IMG/VR virus record: IMGVR_UViG_3300015242_000025
Span: 3,476 to 67,475 of that record
DNA from: a virus
Strand: one strand, 5' to 3'
DNA: 64,000 bases
Positions 27,755-38,023 of the stretch are shown in pieces (position 1 is the first letter of the stretch; every line of letters begins with the position of its first letter). The notes beneath the pieces were generated by a model, which worked only from the letters and a program-made list of their open reading frames with translations, was not told where the DNA came from and made no database searches. Position numbers and translations under genes: made by a program.

Positions 27755-28130
27755 AGATACAGGAATAGAAGAAATGGAAATTTCCACTGACGCTAATCCG
27801 ACGGTAACTGGCTGGGCTCCGCCGCCAGAAATTGATGAGAATGCTGATGTTGCCGAATCCGGCTATATCTGGGCGGTGGAACTTCCTTATTTTGATTATG
27901 AGTATGGATATGATGGTGATATCTGGACTACGGAAAGAATGTTCCGCACACGCAAACAGGCAGAAGTATTCGCTAATGCTTGGAATGCGCGTGTTGAGTT
28001 GAATAAATTATTGGATGTTAGAAATTCTCGGGAAACCTCAACTGCACGGGTAAAAAGTTATCGTGTCGGCGGGCGTGATATTAACACTGAATCCGTCGAA
28101 TCAAACAATGATGAAATAAATTACAAATAA
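27735..28130 (+). CDS. hypothetical protein
   Basis: GGAG RBS before MTEDT. Confidence 0.6.
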   Translation: MEMLMTEDTGIEEMEISTDANPTVTGWAPPPEIDENADVAESGYIWAVELPYFDYEYGYDGDIWTTERMFRTRKQAEVFANAWNARVELNKLLDVRNSRETSTARVKSYRVGGRDINTESVESNNDEINYK

Positions 28131-28168
28131 TAAGGAATAGAAATTAATCAATCAAAATAATGAGGTAA

Positions 28169-28474
28169 ATGGTGGACACTAAATTTACTGAACCAGATTA
28201 TAGGCATATCTTAGATAACGCAGGATTTGAAAAGAATGAATCTACTGATGATTATGAATATAATTTGTATATCAAAGCGTGTCAAGCTGGATACAGCGCA
28301 TCCATCTTACAGATTGATTCGTATAAGAAACACTTAAAAGCTGCATGGGAATTGTTGGAACGTCAAGGGTGGAAACCATTTGGTTCTCATGCTGCAATGG
28401 AGAATGTTCCGCATTTGCAGTTCAGTGATCAAGTTGATGAGGTCGGCGATCCTTATTTTGAACGGATTGTGTGA
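28169..28474 (+). CDS. hypothetical protein
   Basis: GAGG RBS. Confidence 0.6.
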   Translation: MVDTKFTEPDYRHILDNAGFEKNESTDDYEYNLYIKACQAGYSASILQIDSYKKHLKAAWELLERQGWKPFGSHAAMENVPHLQFSDQVDEVGDPYFERIV

Positions 28475-28782
28475 TTGTTGTGGCTGAATTTGCTGTTATT
28501 ACTGAAATTCCTGCAGCTGAAGACGCAGGTAATTTGGCATGCTCGTTTGACATTTTCACTGTTGTTGAGGAAGGATTCCCCGGAAGGTGTGAACGAATTT
28601 CTCTCAATGCTGCGCTTAATCTTCGTACTAAGGTATTTGAATTAGGCGAGATTATTATTGTTGATGAAGACGGCAGGGAAATCGGCGGTGCACAGCGTAA
28701 ACCCAATAAGTGGTTTGTGACGTGCGAGTATTTTACTACACTCAGCGAGGCAATCTATAAATCACAACAGATGTGTCAATGA
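28471..28782 (+). CDS. hypothetical protein
   Basis: GTGA overlap; RKP.KW.V motif. Confidence 0.55.
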   Translation: MIVVAEFAVITEIPAAEDAGNLACSFDIFTVVEEGFPGRCERISLNAALNLRTKVFELGEIIIVDEDGREIGGAQRKPNKWFVTCEYFTTLSEAIYKSQQMCQ

Positions 28783-28997
28783 CTAGATATAAAGTACCGT
28801 TTAAAACTTCAGCTTTTACTTATGTTACGGTACAAGCTGACTCCCTAGAGGAAGCAACAGAAAAATCAGAGTATATAAATGAATTTCCTGAATTATGTGC
28901 GCAATGTGCAGGAATGTTCAATTTTCGTAATGGAATATTACATTCTGGTGTAGAACTTGCCGAATGGGAACTAGATGGAGACATAGAGGAATCATGA
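28773..28997 (+). CDS. hypothetical protein
   Basis: V.V.ADSLEEA.E, LCAQC. Confidence 0.6.
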   Translation: MSMTRYKVPFKTSAFTYVTVQADSLEEATEKSEYINEFPELCAQCAGMFNFRNGILHSGVELAEWELDGDIEES

Positions 28998-29257
28998 AAA
29001 TCAGAAATAAAGAAACAAAAAATATTGCATGGTCGGACAGGTTTAATGAGCACGGTATCGATGAAATTATTGTCTGTTTTCCTGACGGTGATATGTCATC
29101 AGAGTACATTAGAGATTATGAAGTGCAATTATCTAATGATACTTGGGTAGATATGAAGAAAGCTTTTTCTGATAAAGATTTAATTACAGATAACTACGAT
29201 AGATATTTTCTCGAGCCTCCTACTGAAACAGACCGTCAACGGGGATATGTGTTTTAA
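28994..29257 (+). CDS. hypothetical protein
   Basis: Likely start MKIRNKET with GAGGA RBS. Confidence 0.6.
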   Translation: MKIRNKETKNIAWSDRFNEHGIDEIIVCFPDGDMSSEYIRDYEVQLSNDTWVDMKKAFSDKDLITDNYDRYFLEPPTETDRQRGYVF

Positions 29258-29259
29258 AT

Positions 29260-29754
29260 ATGTTGTCTAATTTTGCAGTGTGTCCTAATTGTAAATCGGA
29301 ATATCCAATTTTTCATAGCCCAGTCGGAGCACTTCATACATTGTGTGACAATTGCGGTTGGACGAACAATGATATGAATAAACAAGAAGCACTAGAAAAT
29401 TTTGCTAATGCAATTGGAATTCCATATAAAATTCTCGCTAATAAGAAAGATAATAAAATGATTGAGTACATTACCGGCGGTAGAGCATCAGGAAAAACAT
29501 ACAAGGCAGTGCAATGGTTAAATCAGGATCCTAATAAAAGGATTATTATTGTTCCTAATTCAGAGATGGCTGACATTATTATAAACCAATATGCACTATT
29601 ACCAAAACAAGTTATGTCATTCGCTTCTTGGAAAGATATACATAATGGACGTGGTATGAAAAAAGAAGTATGTATTGACAATGCTGAAATTATTTTGCAG
29701 ATGCTACTTGGTGGTAATAAACTTTCTATGATTACATGGTCTCGTAATGAGTAA
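29260..29754 (+). CDS. zinc-ribbon + small P-loop domain protein
   Basis: CPNC...CDNC, then GGRASGKT Walker A and VCIDNAE Walker B-like. Confidence 0.65.
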   Translation: MLSNFAVCPNCKSEYPIFHSPVGALHTLCDNCGWTNNDMNKQEALENFANAIGIPYKILANKKDNKMIEYITGGRASGKTYKAVQWLNQDPNKRIIIVPNSEMADIIINQYALLPKQVMSFASWKDIHNGRGMKKEVCIDNAEIILQMLLGGNKLSMITWSRNE

Positions 29755-30064
29755 TTTTCCTGAATCTTTTACTGTTAAAATTAATTTTAGACGTGATGGA
29801 CAAGCTGAAAATGTTAGTTATGTGCATGATGATTGCGAGTATGAATCTATATCATTTCCAAAGGACCAAACAGTTTCATCATTAATCAGTAAACACTATC
29901 ATCATATGACGAATGATCATCAGTTGAGACCTGAACCATTGTGTGATTATTATTTGTCAGAAGTAGGGGTAGATATGACATTAAAAGTTTATTGTTATTT
30001 AGAAAGAAACCATGATTCTGATCATCAGTTTAAAGTGAGGAAACAAGATGGTAGATCTTATTAA
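29747..30064 (+). CDS. hypothetical protein
   Basis: Packed ORF. Confidence 0.55.
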   Translation: MSNFPESFTVKINFRRDGQAENVSYVHDDCEYESISFPKDQTVSSLISKHYHHMTNDHQLRPEPLCDYYLSEVGVDMTLKVYCYLERNHDSDHQFKVRKQDGRSY

Positions 30065-30323
30065 TCATCCACCGCACTACGGTAATCACCCCAGTGGTGT
30101 TGAATGCATTGCTATCACAGAACATATGAATTTCTGTCTTGGAAACGCTATCAAATATATTTGGCGCGCTGATGAAAAAGGTAATGATATCGACGATTTG
30201 AAGAAAGCTGCATGGTATGTTAATAGAGAGATTGAACGTCGACTAAGTGCAAATTCTGATGATTACACTCATACAAAAACAGTTTTAGAAGAATTTGTAA
30301 AGCATATGCGGGAGAGTAAATAA
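30048..30323 (+). CDS. DUF3310 family protein (T7 gp1.7-like nucleotide kinase)
   Basis: D.INHPPHY, ECI, FCLGNAIKYIWRA..KG..IDDLKKA.WY. Confidence 0.88.
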   Translation: MVDLINHPPHYGNHPSGVECIAITEHMNFCLGNAIKYIWRADEKGNDIDDLKKAAWYVNREIERRLSANSDDYTHTKTVLEEFVKHMRESK

Positions 30324-30646
30324 TGGTAAAATTTCGTGTTACTGCTATCAGAGAATATGAAGTAACACAAGAACAACTAAAAAGAAATTACAAAGTAGAA
30401 TCATTTAAAGAAGGTGCACGAATAGATAAAGAACAATTCATTAGCGATCCCTACTTATTGATTGATTCATTTAATGATAATATATACCATGATTCACCAC
30501 TTATTTTTCATGTAGATGTATTACCAGATAATGAAAATGAAAATTATCCTGGTAAACATAGAAAGGATGATCGGTGTATCATGTCATGGAATGGCGTGTG
30601 TGTTAATGCTGATCATGAACACGAACCGAAAGAAGGATCAGAGTAA
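30323..30646 (+). CDS. hypothetical protein
   Basis: Packed ORF, PGKHRK motif. Confidence 0.55.
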   Translation: MVKFRVTAIREYEVTQEQLKRNYKVESFKEGARIDKEQFISDPYLLIDSFNDNIYHDSPLIFHVDVLPDNENENYPGKHRKDDRCIMSWNGVCVNADHEHEPKEGSE

Positions 30647-30894
30647 TGATTTTTTATTCATGGTTTCTTAGTTGGAAAGAGCGGAAAGTACAAAAGAAAA
30701 TTGATAATGTTCAAGAATCAGAGCAATCATCGCAAACAACGGAACAATCAACTGATGAAGAATATCTTACATGGTTTAATCAATTTCGTTTAGATCATGA
30801 AACACGTGAATGGGATATGAAGAAAACTCCCGGAGATAATGAATATAGAATTCTTAAGGGACGCCGAGTTCCTAGGCATCGTGTAATGGAGTGA
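30646..30894 (+). CDS. hypothetical protein
   Basis: Packed ORF. Confidence 0.5.
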   Translation: MIFYSWFLSWKERKVQKKIDNVQESEQSSQTTEQSTDEEYLTWFNQFRLDHETREWDMKKTPGDNEYRILKGRRVPRHRVME

Positions 30895-30903
30895 GGAATA
30901 TTT

Positions 30904-31086
30904 ATGAAATGGAAAGGATCTAAAAATTTTAGGGAGCAATTAGCACAAGCAAGAAAAGATGCAAACAAGCCTAATGATTTTCAGAAACTTATGGCTGTAT
31001 TAATAAACATTAATAATAATTTATATGCAATATCCATGAATACAAAAGAACTTATTGATATGTCGAAAGAAAATCGGGAATTATGA
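30904..31086 (+). CDS. hypothetical protein
   Basis: GAGGA RBS. Confidence 0.5.
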   Translation: MKWKGSKNFREQLAQARKDANKPNDFQKLMAVLININNNLYAISMNTKELIDMSKENREL

Positions 31087-31634
31087 TACATATCAGCATT
31101 CTAAGTTTTATCGTCATGATTGTTCTGGGATGGTTTGTTGTTCCATTTGTGACGATGATGACCAGAGAACAAATTAAAGATCTTAAAAAATATACTAATT
31201 CATGGAATGATAAAAAGAAAAAGCAACTTGGTGAAATAGATGACATGATATTTATCAAAGAAATTACCAAAGAAGATTATGAGGAACTAAAAAGATTTGG
31301 TTGGGAACCAGCAACGTATACTAAAAAATATCTTGATAACAAGTTTAATCCTAAACCTAAAACTGAACAACCTTACGATATTGCACAATTTATTGAAAAA
31401 ACCTCTGATCGTAAAGGTAACGCTTATTCAACTGTGTATAAGACTAAATATCCTGAGGGATTTATTTCTATTCCATCAAAGTTATCAGAAAAAACAAAAT
31501 TAAAGTTTATTCAAGAAATGTCTAAACAACAAGATATGAGTTATAAAGAATTAATTAAGAGAGCTGATGAACAAATAAAACATGGAGAGTATTATATGTT
31601 TATGGAATATGGTAATAAAAAGAAGACTGATTGA
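31083..31634 (+). CDS. membrane-anchored hypothetical protein
   Basis: N-terminal TM helix. Confidence 0.55.
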   Translation: MIHISILSFIVMIVLGWFVVPFVTMMTREQIKDLKKYTNSWNDKKKKQLGEIDDMIFIKEITKEDYEELKRFGWEPATYTKKYLDNKFNPKPKTEQPYDIAQFIEKTSDRKGNAYSTVYKTKYPEGFISIPSKLSEKTKLKFIQEMSKQQDMSYKELIKRADEQIKHGEYYMFMEYGNKKKTD

Positions 31635-31660
31635 CGTTTATCACACGCACGTGTTATCCT
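31631..31660 (+). promoter_or_regulatory. putative promoter for the lysin/terminase operon
   Basis: TTGACG-18 nt-TATCCT with TGn extended -10. Confidence 0.55.
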
Positions 31661-31703
31661 CCCGCTACTGGACATAGTTTTAATTAACATCCTAATTCGG
31701 TGA

Positions 31704-32543
31704 ATGTCGGGAGATATAGGCATGGCACTTGTTGATGTTTATGATGGTGCGTTTTTCCATGCTATGTCCGGCGTACCTAGTTCTGTAAAAGCTATTATTG
31801 GATATGTATCTGGACCAAGCGCAACTAATATTTGGTCACATTCAGAAGCTCAAGCTGTGCGAGATAGTGGTCGTGAATTTTGGGCAATTGATGTTCCTAA
31901 TCAAGGATCATTAGGCGGAGATGATGGAGCTGCTTCAGCAAACAGAATGATAAATGTTTTACCATCATTTAGTCATCCAAAACATTGTCCAGTGTTTATG
32001 GATATTGAATATAATGCATACATGAATAATCCTGCTGGAGCTGATGCAGCTGTTGCCCGATTCAAATCAACGATGAATAATGCGGGATATCCCAGAGCAT
32101 TTGGATATGTCCCGCTTTTTGTTGGTTATGGTTGGGGAGCACGGTATACATATAACCGACCAAGCGCATTACCTGATGGCGTTATTGGTTGGCAATATGA
32201 AAATGATGCACGCGGCCATTCAGGTTGGGATGCTTCTGCATTTGATCCATCATTGTTTGGAAGTAATGATCCGCCGATTAATCCAGACCCGCCGGCAACT
32301 TATACTTTGGAGGATTTGATGGCTAACATTAATTACGTTTGGTGGTTTGGCCGACTAACTGATCCGCCAAATACCATTTATGCAATCAATGCATTGAATG
32401 GTACGTATTTCTCGCCGGGCACTGCACATAACATTTCAGTGTTTAAAGAACGTCTTACTGCAGCGGGAATTCCATGGAAAAGTGTTCAGGTAGATATTGA
32501 GGGGTCAATGACACAATTTGGTATATTAGTTGATGATGCATAA
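31704..32543 (+). CDS. endolysin, GH25-like/DUF1906 muramidase + C-terminal domain
   Basis: IGYVSG, PVFMDIE, W.ARY, GWQY...D.S; Pro-rich linker. Confidence 0.7.
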   Translation: MSGDIGMALVDVYDGAFFHAMSGVPSSVKAIIGYVSGPSATNIWSHSEAQAVRDSGREFWAIDVPNQGSLGGDDGAASANRMINVLPSFSHPKHCPVFMDIEYNAYMNNPAGADAAVARFKSTMNNAGYPRAFGYVPLFVGYGWGARYTYNRPSALPDGVIGWQYENDARGHSGWDASAFDPSLFGSNDPPINPDPPATYTLEDLMANINYVWWFGRLTDPPNTIYAINALNGTYFSPGTAHNISVFKERLTAAGIPWKSVQVDIEGSMTQFGILVDDA

Positions 32544-32638
32544 TGAGCACCAGCACTTTTTACATTTGGGTCTGTATAGACTTATCTGTTATGGCGTTCT
32601 ATTCACTTGTTAAATTGATTGCACACCTTAATCGGTAA

Positions 32639-32821
32639 TTGATTATGGTAGACAATACACAAGCTAATAGAGTCAGAAAAAGAACTAACATACGTAGTCT
32701 TATTGAAGAAGCTTTTCAGTCTGGACAATCCATCTCATCTGTGATGGATTTTTACGGAGTATCATATAAATACTGCTTAGAAATAAAGCAAACAATGGAG
32801 CGACTTAACTCACATAAGTAG
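32639..32821 (+). CDS. small HTH-like protein
   Basis: GQSISSVMDFYGVSYKY. Confidence 0.45.
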   Translation: MIMVDNTQANRVRKRTNIRSLIEEAFQSGQSISSVMDFYGVSYKYCLEIKQTMERLNSHK

Positions 32822-32826
32822 GATAA

Positions 32827-34287
32827 ATGGCAACCGCTGATTTTAGCGATTACTTCAATCAGGATACCTTTATTGGGCCTGATAATAATATGCTTGGTGG
32901 AGAACTTGAGTTAAAGTCAAATATAGCTCCCATTGTAGAACAGAAGAAATATGTAAGCAGTAAAACAGAATGGAAACCATTACCGCATCAGATTCCACCA
33001 ACTGATGATAACTGGTATGGCATATTTCTTCTTGGCGGTCGCGGATCAGGTAAATCTGATTTCTGTTCTAATTGGATTGTTGAACATGTAAAAGGTCCAC
33101 CATGTTTGCATGGTCCAGCGCCACACTGGATTAATATCATTGCACCGACTTTAGGTGATGCTGCAACATCATGTTTTGCTGGACCTTCTGGAATTAGTGC
33201 ACATGATCCGACAGCGGAAATGCTACAAAAAACCGGCGGTCTGATTGTTCGTTGGCCTAATGGTAGTCAAGCAAAATTATTAGGTGCACGTGAAAAAGAC
33301 GATATTGAAAGACTTCGTGCTGCTGGTAATTCATGTGCAGTTTGGCTAGAAGAATTTGCTGCATTTAAATATATGCAAGATGCATGGGATCAAATGCGAT
33401 TTGGTTTACGTTCTGGACCTCACCCACATTTTGTTGCATCATCTACGCCGAAACCTAGACCATTAATTAAAAAAATAGCTGCAGGTGGTTATAATAATAT
33501 TATTGTTCGTCATGCTACTATGTATGATAATCCACATTTGGCAGAATCATTCAAAGAAGCTATTGAAGAAACTTATGGCGGCACCACCTTAGGTGCACAG
33601 GAATTGTACGGACGTATTGTTGAACAAGATGAAAATGCTCTTTGGAATAGAGATGTCATTGAACGTCAGCGTAGAACTGTTGATCAAATTCCTTATCTAA
33701 AAAGAATTGTTGTTGGTGTTGACCCCTCAGGCGGAGCGGGTGAACAGGGTATTGTTGTTGTTGGTTCTGATGTTGAAATACGTAATGGAAAACCCGTCAA
33801 GGTTGGCTGGACATTAGCTGATCGCACGGTGCATATGAAGCCGGAAGGCTGGGGACGCGCGGCTATTCGTGCAGCTATTGACTATAATGCTGATTGTGTT
33901 GTAGTTGAAACTAACTTTGGTGGAGATATGGCAGTGTCCACATTGGTTACTGCTGCTGAAGAATTAGATGCATCAATTCCTATTAGGACAGTGAAAGCAT
34001 CTAGAGGAAAGCATCCACGCGCAGAGCCCGTATCAATGTTAGCTCAACAAGAGCGTTGGTATTTTGGCGGTATGTTTGAAGAATTAGAGGATCAACTTTG
34101 TGTCTGGACTCCGGAGTCTGATTATTCACCAGACAGACTTGATGCAATGGTATGGCCGGCATGGTATATGAAATTAGTTTCTACTTTGTTTAGTGCAACT
34201 GGTAAATTTGGCGGATCAGCTATGGCAACACGTTCTATCACTGGATCTCGCCGCGATGGAATTGCTGAGTTACGTAGTATCAATTAG
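32827..34287 (+). CDS. terL: terminase large subunit
   Basis: PHQIPP, GGRGSGKS, WLEEFAA, STPKP, VGVDPS, VVETNFGG, ASRGK..RAEP, SPDRLDA. Confidence 0.95.
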   Translation: MATADFSDYFNQDTFIGPDNNMLGGELELKSNIAPIVEQKKYVSSKTEWKPLPHQIPPTDDNWYGIFLLGGRGSGKSDFCSNWIVEHVKGPPCLHGPAPHWINIIAPTLGDAATSCFAGPSGISAHDPTAEMLQKTGGLIVRWPNGSQAKLLGAREKDDIERLRAAGNSCAVWLEEFAAFKYMQDAWDQMRFGLRSGPHPHFVASSTPKPRPLIKKIAAGGYNNIIVRHATMYDNPHLAESFKEAIEETYGGTTLGAQELYGRIVEQDENALWNRDVIERQRRTVDQIPYLKRIVVGVDPSGGAGEQGIVVVGSDVEIRNGKPVKVGWTLADRTVHMKPEGWGRAAIRAAIDYNADCVVVETNFGGDMAVSTLVTAAEELDASIPIRTVKASRGKHPRAEPVSMLAQQERWYFGGMFEELEDQLCVWTPESDYSPDRLDAMVWPAWYMKLVSTLFSATGKFGGSAMATRSITGSRRDGIAELRSIN

Positions 34288-34302
34288 GGGGACCAATGTA
34301 TT

Positions 34303-34527
34303 ATGACTACAATCAAAACAATAAATTATAAAGAGAATGACCTTGATAAGATTAAAAAATATTTTAAGGATTTACAAACAGACGGCGAACATGCGACACT
34401 GTCTGAAGTGGACGCCATTTTAGAATCGGCGCAATTATGTTGGCCACACTCAGCCGATCGTATGACATTTATTGATACTGTACTAGATTTTCGTTCTATT
34501 CTCACTACATTAAAAGGAATTAGTTAA
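34303..34527 (+). CDS. hypothetical protein
   Basis: Packed ORF. Confidence 0.55.
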   Translation: MTTIKTINYKENDLDKIKKYFKDLQTDGEHATLSEVDAILESAQLCWPHSADRMTFIDTVLDFRSILTTLKGIS

Positions 34528-35216
34528 TGATTTCTATTTGTTGTCCTACGCGTAAGCGTCCACAAAATATGAATAGAATTATTACCTCTGCTGAACAGAC
34601 AGCGCCAAATGGCGGATTTGAATTTGTGTTCTATGTAGACAGCGATGATCAGGAGAGTATTAACTTTCCATTATTGACTGATCATCAAAGAATTATTGGT
34701 GATCGAATTGTACTTTCTGAGATGTGGAATGTTTGTGCTCGTCATGCTAATGGTGATATTTTTATGCATTGCGGTGATGACATTATTTTTCGCTCTCCCG
34801 GTTGGGTAGATATTGTTGAGAGAGTTTATAATGAAGCTGTACCAGATAAAATTGCTTTAGTTCATGGTGATGATGGATTATGGGGAGCATCGTTTGGAAC
34901 TCATTGTTTTGTATCTCGTACTTGGGTTGATGCGTTAGGTTATTTGTGTCCTCCGTATTTTTCTTCAGATTGGAATGATACATGGTTAAATGAATTAGGT
35001 AATGCACTTAATCGTCGTTACTATTTCCCTGATATTGTTACAGAGCATATGCATCCTGTTGTTGGAAAAGCAGGTTGGGATGAAACACATCTAGATAGAC
35101 AAGCTCGCGGTCTACGTGATAACGTTGATGAAATTTATAAATCACCAGATATGGTAGAAGCACGTAAAATAGATTACGAAAAACTCTTGAAGGTGATTAA
35201 TGACAACCGTTCCTAA
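34527..35216 (+). CDS. glycosyltransferase (GT-A/GT2-like)
   Basis: ISICCPTRKRP, VDSDD, CGDDIIF..PGW, EHMHP. Confidence 0.85.
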   Translation: MISICCPTRKRPQNMNRIITSAEQTAPNGGFEFVFYVDSDDQESINFPLLTDHQRIIGDRIVLSEMWNVCARHANGDIFMHCGDDIIFRSPGWVDIVERVYNEAVPDKIALVHGDDGLWGASFGTHCFVSRTWVDALGYLCPPYFSSDWNDTWLNELGNALNRRYYFPDIVTEHMHPVVGKAGWDETHLDRQARGLRDNVDEIYKSPDMVEARKIDYEKLLKVINDNRS

Positions 35217-35841
35217 GTGGACTATTCTTATTGCCACATTGGGACAACGACGTACAAAATTTGAACACTTGATGATGGAATTACTTCCACAGGTTGATAA
35301 AGTAAATGGATTAGTAACGGTACATGCATTCTGGAATAATGGTGAACGTCCGTTATCCTATGTACGTCAAGATTTATTAGAAAGTGCTGAATCAGAATAC
35401 GTATCTTTTGTTGATGATGATGACGGTATACCTGATTATTTTGTTTCTAAGGTATTACCATTATTAGATGGTGTTGATTACATTGGTTGGATGATGCAGT
35501 GTTATGCAAGTAGTGTAAAGCTTAATCCAACTGAACATAGTTTGAAACATAATAGATGGTGGAGTGATTCTGTTGGCTATTATCGAGATCTTAGTCATCT
35601 AAATCCAATTAAACGAGAAATTGCATTATTAGTAAATTATAAAAATACAAGTCCTCCAGAAGATGCTAGTTGGGTAGAGCAAATGAGAGGAAAGGTAAAT
35701 ACTGAACATTTTATTGATGATATTATGTATTATTACTATTCAACATCTGATTCAACTTGGCGCGGTGGAGATTCTATAAATAGACAACAAACATTTCAAC
35801 GCGCTAATATTAATAATTCAAATTTTAAATGGATTGAATAA
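35200..35841 (+). CDS. glycosyltransferase (GT-A/GT2-like)
   Basis: TILIATL..R, YVSFVDDDD, HLNPIKR, ED..W. Confidence 0.85.
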   Translation: MTTVPKWTILIATLGQRRTKFEHLMMELLPQVDKVNGLVTVHAFWNNGERPLSYVRQDLLESAESEYVSFVDDDDGIPDYFVSKVLPLLDGVDYIGWMMQCYASSVKLNPTEHSLKHNRWWSDSVGYYRDLSHLNPIKREIALLVNYKNTSPPEDASWVEQMRGKVNTEHFIDDIMYYYYSTSDSTWRGGDSINRQQTFQRANINNSNFKWIE

Positions 35842-36786
35842 ATGACTATCTTATTAACTGGCGCTGGTGGTTTTGTAGGTAGTCATGTGTTAGAATCTCT
35901 ATTAGCTAATACAGATTATGATATTATATGTACTGATTCTTTTAATCATAATGGTAGTATGGATAAAATTGTTGATATTTGTAAATCTCGTTCAGCTTTT
36001 GATAGAGTTGAAGTAATAACACATGATTTAACAGTGCCATTTTCTCGAGTTCAGAAATTAAAAATAAAAGAGTCTAATTATATAATTAATGTTGCTTCTA
36101 AGTGTCAAGTAGATGAAAGTATTCATACCCCTGAATCTTTCATACTTAACAATGTTAAACTAATTGTTAATATGCTAGAAACTGCAAGAGAGTTAAATTT
36201 AACATCATTTATACAGATGTCAACCGATGAAGTATACGGACCACATGAACCAATTAGACATAATCCATCTAGTCCGTACTCAGCATCAAAAGCTGCACAA
36301 GAAGATATATGTAATTCATATTTTCGTACATTTAAAATTCCAGTAACTATTATCAATAGTTGTAATCTGATTGGAGAAAGACAAAGTAATTTAGCTTTTG
36401 TACCTCAAGTAATCAGTAAAATTCTCGATGAAGAAACTATTTCCATACATCAACATAATGGAATTATTGGAAAACGTAATTATACTTATGTTAAAAACGT
36501 ATCTAACTTTATTTCATATTCAACATTAAATAGACTATATCTTCCCATAAGAATTCCACTGCAGGGACAAGTAACTATTGATAATTTACAACTTGTAAAA
36601 CACATATCTGCTATTATCGGTAAAAAATTTGAATACAGGTTAGATGATGTTGCACACATACGGCCTGGGTATGATGTGAAGTATGATGTACTTCCTTATG
36701 ATAAAAGGTGGATTCCAGAAATAGATTTTTATGGAGGTTTACAGTACACAGTAGATTGGTTTATGGGAAACAAGGAATGGTTATAG
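35842..36786 (+). CDS. dTDP-glucose 4,6-dehydratase-like (RmlB-like) SDR
   Basis: TGAGGFVG, VDESI..P..F, STDEVYG, PSSPYSASKAA, RPG.D..Y. Confidence 0.85.
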   Translation: MTILLTGAGGFVGSHVLESLLANTDYDIICTDSFNHNGSMDKIVDICKSRSAFDRVEVITHDLTVPFSRVQKLKIKESNYIINVASKCQVDESIHTPESFILNNVKLIVNMLETARELNLTSFIQMSTDEVYGPHEPIRHNPSSPYSASKAAQEDICNSYFRTFKIPVTIINSCNLIGERQSNLAFVPQVISKILDEETISIHQHNGIIGKRNYTYVKNVSNFISYSTLNRLYLPIRIPLQGQVTIDNLQLVKHISAIIGKKFEYRLDDVAHIRPGYDVKYDVLPYDKRWIPEIDFYGGLQYTVDWFMGNKEWL

Positions 36787-36788
36787 AT

Positions 36789-37550
36789 ATGAAAGAAAAT
36801 TTTTTCCTAGAACAGGCTGAAGCATGGAAAAATATTCCTATAGATGATGTAGGATATTTTAATACTGAAGAATTAATGATGAAGTCTGATGATGTCTTAA
36901 AGAAAATGATTATTGATATGGAGAAAATAAGATATAATGAAGGTTATCGTAACTGGGGTAATAAATGGCGTAGTACTTTAAAACTTGACACGACTCATGG
37001 TAAACGTGTTTTAGATTATGGTTGTGGATCAGGTATAGAAGCTTTACAATATGCTAAAACTGGTAATCATGTTTACCTTGCTGATATCAATGCAAGTAAT
37101 ATTTCACTTGCAGAAAAAATATTAAAAGTATTTGGATTTAAACCTATACATTCCTATTTAATTACAAATGTTTATCCATTCACTGGAGCTATAACAAATA
37201 AATTTGATATTGTTCATATGAATGGAGTATTACATCACATATTTCAGCCATATCCTGTTGTACGAGCTATTCATGAATCACTTATTAATGATGGTGAATT
37301 AAGGTTAATGTTATATTCAGATATTGCATGGAGAATAGCAACTAATACAGAGCCTCCAGAAGATGTTACTAATAACCCTATGAGAAAAACTTTTGTTCGT
37401 ACAATGGACGGTGTTGGAGAGTGGGCAGATTGGTATGATGCTGATAGAATAGAAAAAAGATTTGGTAGTTTATTTACAATTGAAGAATTTTCCTATATTA
37501 CTTCAGATGATAGATATTGTACCGCTATTTTAAAACGAAAGGAAATTTAA
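36789..37550 (+). CDS. class I SAM-dependent methyltransferase
   Basis: VLDYGCGSG, LADI, FDIVH..GVLHH, LMLY; likely start MKENFF. Confidence 0.88.
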   Translation: MKENFFLEQAEAWKNIPIDDVGYFNTEELMMKSDDVLKKMIIDMEKIRYNEGYRNWGNKWRSTLKLDTTHGKRVLDYGCGSGIEALQYAKTGNHVYLADINASNISLAEKILKVFGFKPIHSYLITNVYPFTGAITNKFDIVHMNGVLHHIFQPYPVVRAIHESLINDGELRLMLYSDIAWRIATNTEPPEDVTNNPMRKTFVRTMDGVGEWADWYDADRIEKRFGSLFTIEEFSYITSDDRYCTAILKRKEI

Positions 37551-37551
37551 A

Positions 37552-37815
37552 ATGACTGATACATTTTTTGCTAAAGGTTTTGCTATGAATAATTCAGCAC
37601 AAAAAATTCTTGATATTGCTGATTTGGATAGAACATTGTTAGTTACTGGAGATCAATTAGCTGTTGGATATGATGATACCGTATATGACACAAGCGGTAT
37701 TTTATTAATAAATAATATTCCTTATACATTAGTTTTACCTGCAGGATATGAATTTTGGGCTAAAGGACCAACAGATACTAATTTATTTATTTGGGTAGGC
37801 GGAAGTACTTCATAA
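37552..37815 (+). CDS. hypothetical beta-rich protein
   Basis: AAGGA RBS. Confidence 0.55.
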   Translation: MTDTFFAKGFAMNNSAQKILDIADLDRTLLVTGDQLAVGYDDTVYDTSGILLINNIPYTLVLPAGYEFWAKGPTDTNLFIWVGGSTS

Positions 37816-37816
37816 T

Positions 37817-38023
37817 ATGTCTGATTATAAAGCTAAATACGGTAATCCTTTTGGCCCTAATTCCTATGACAATGTTAAACGACGTACAGATATGATTATG
37901 TCTGTTGAGGAAAAAATTAATCTGCAACGAAAAATAATTCCTGATCATATTCGTATGGTTGTTGAGGAACAAAACCGAGCCATTGAATTTATGAAGAAAT
38001 GGAATAAAGAACATGGAATTTAA
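37817..38023 (+). CDS. hypothetical protein
   Basis: Packed ORF. Confidence 0.5.
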   Translation: MSDYKAKYGNPFGPNSYDNVKRRTDMIMSVEEKINLQRKIIPDHIRMVVEEQNRAIEFMKKWNKEHGI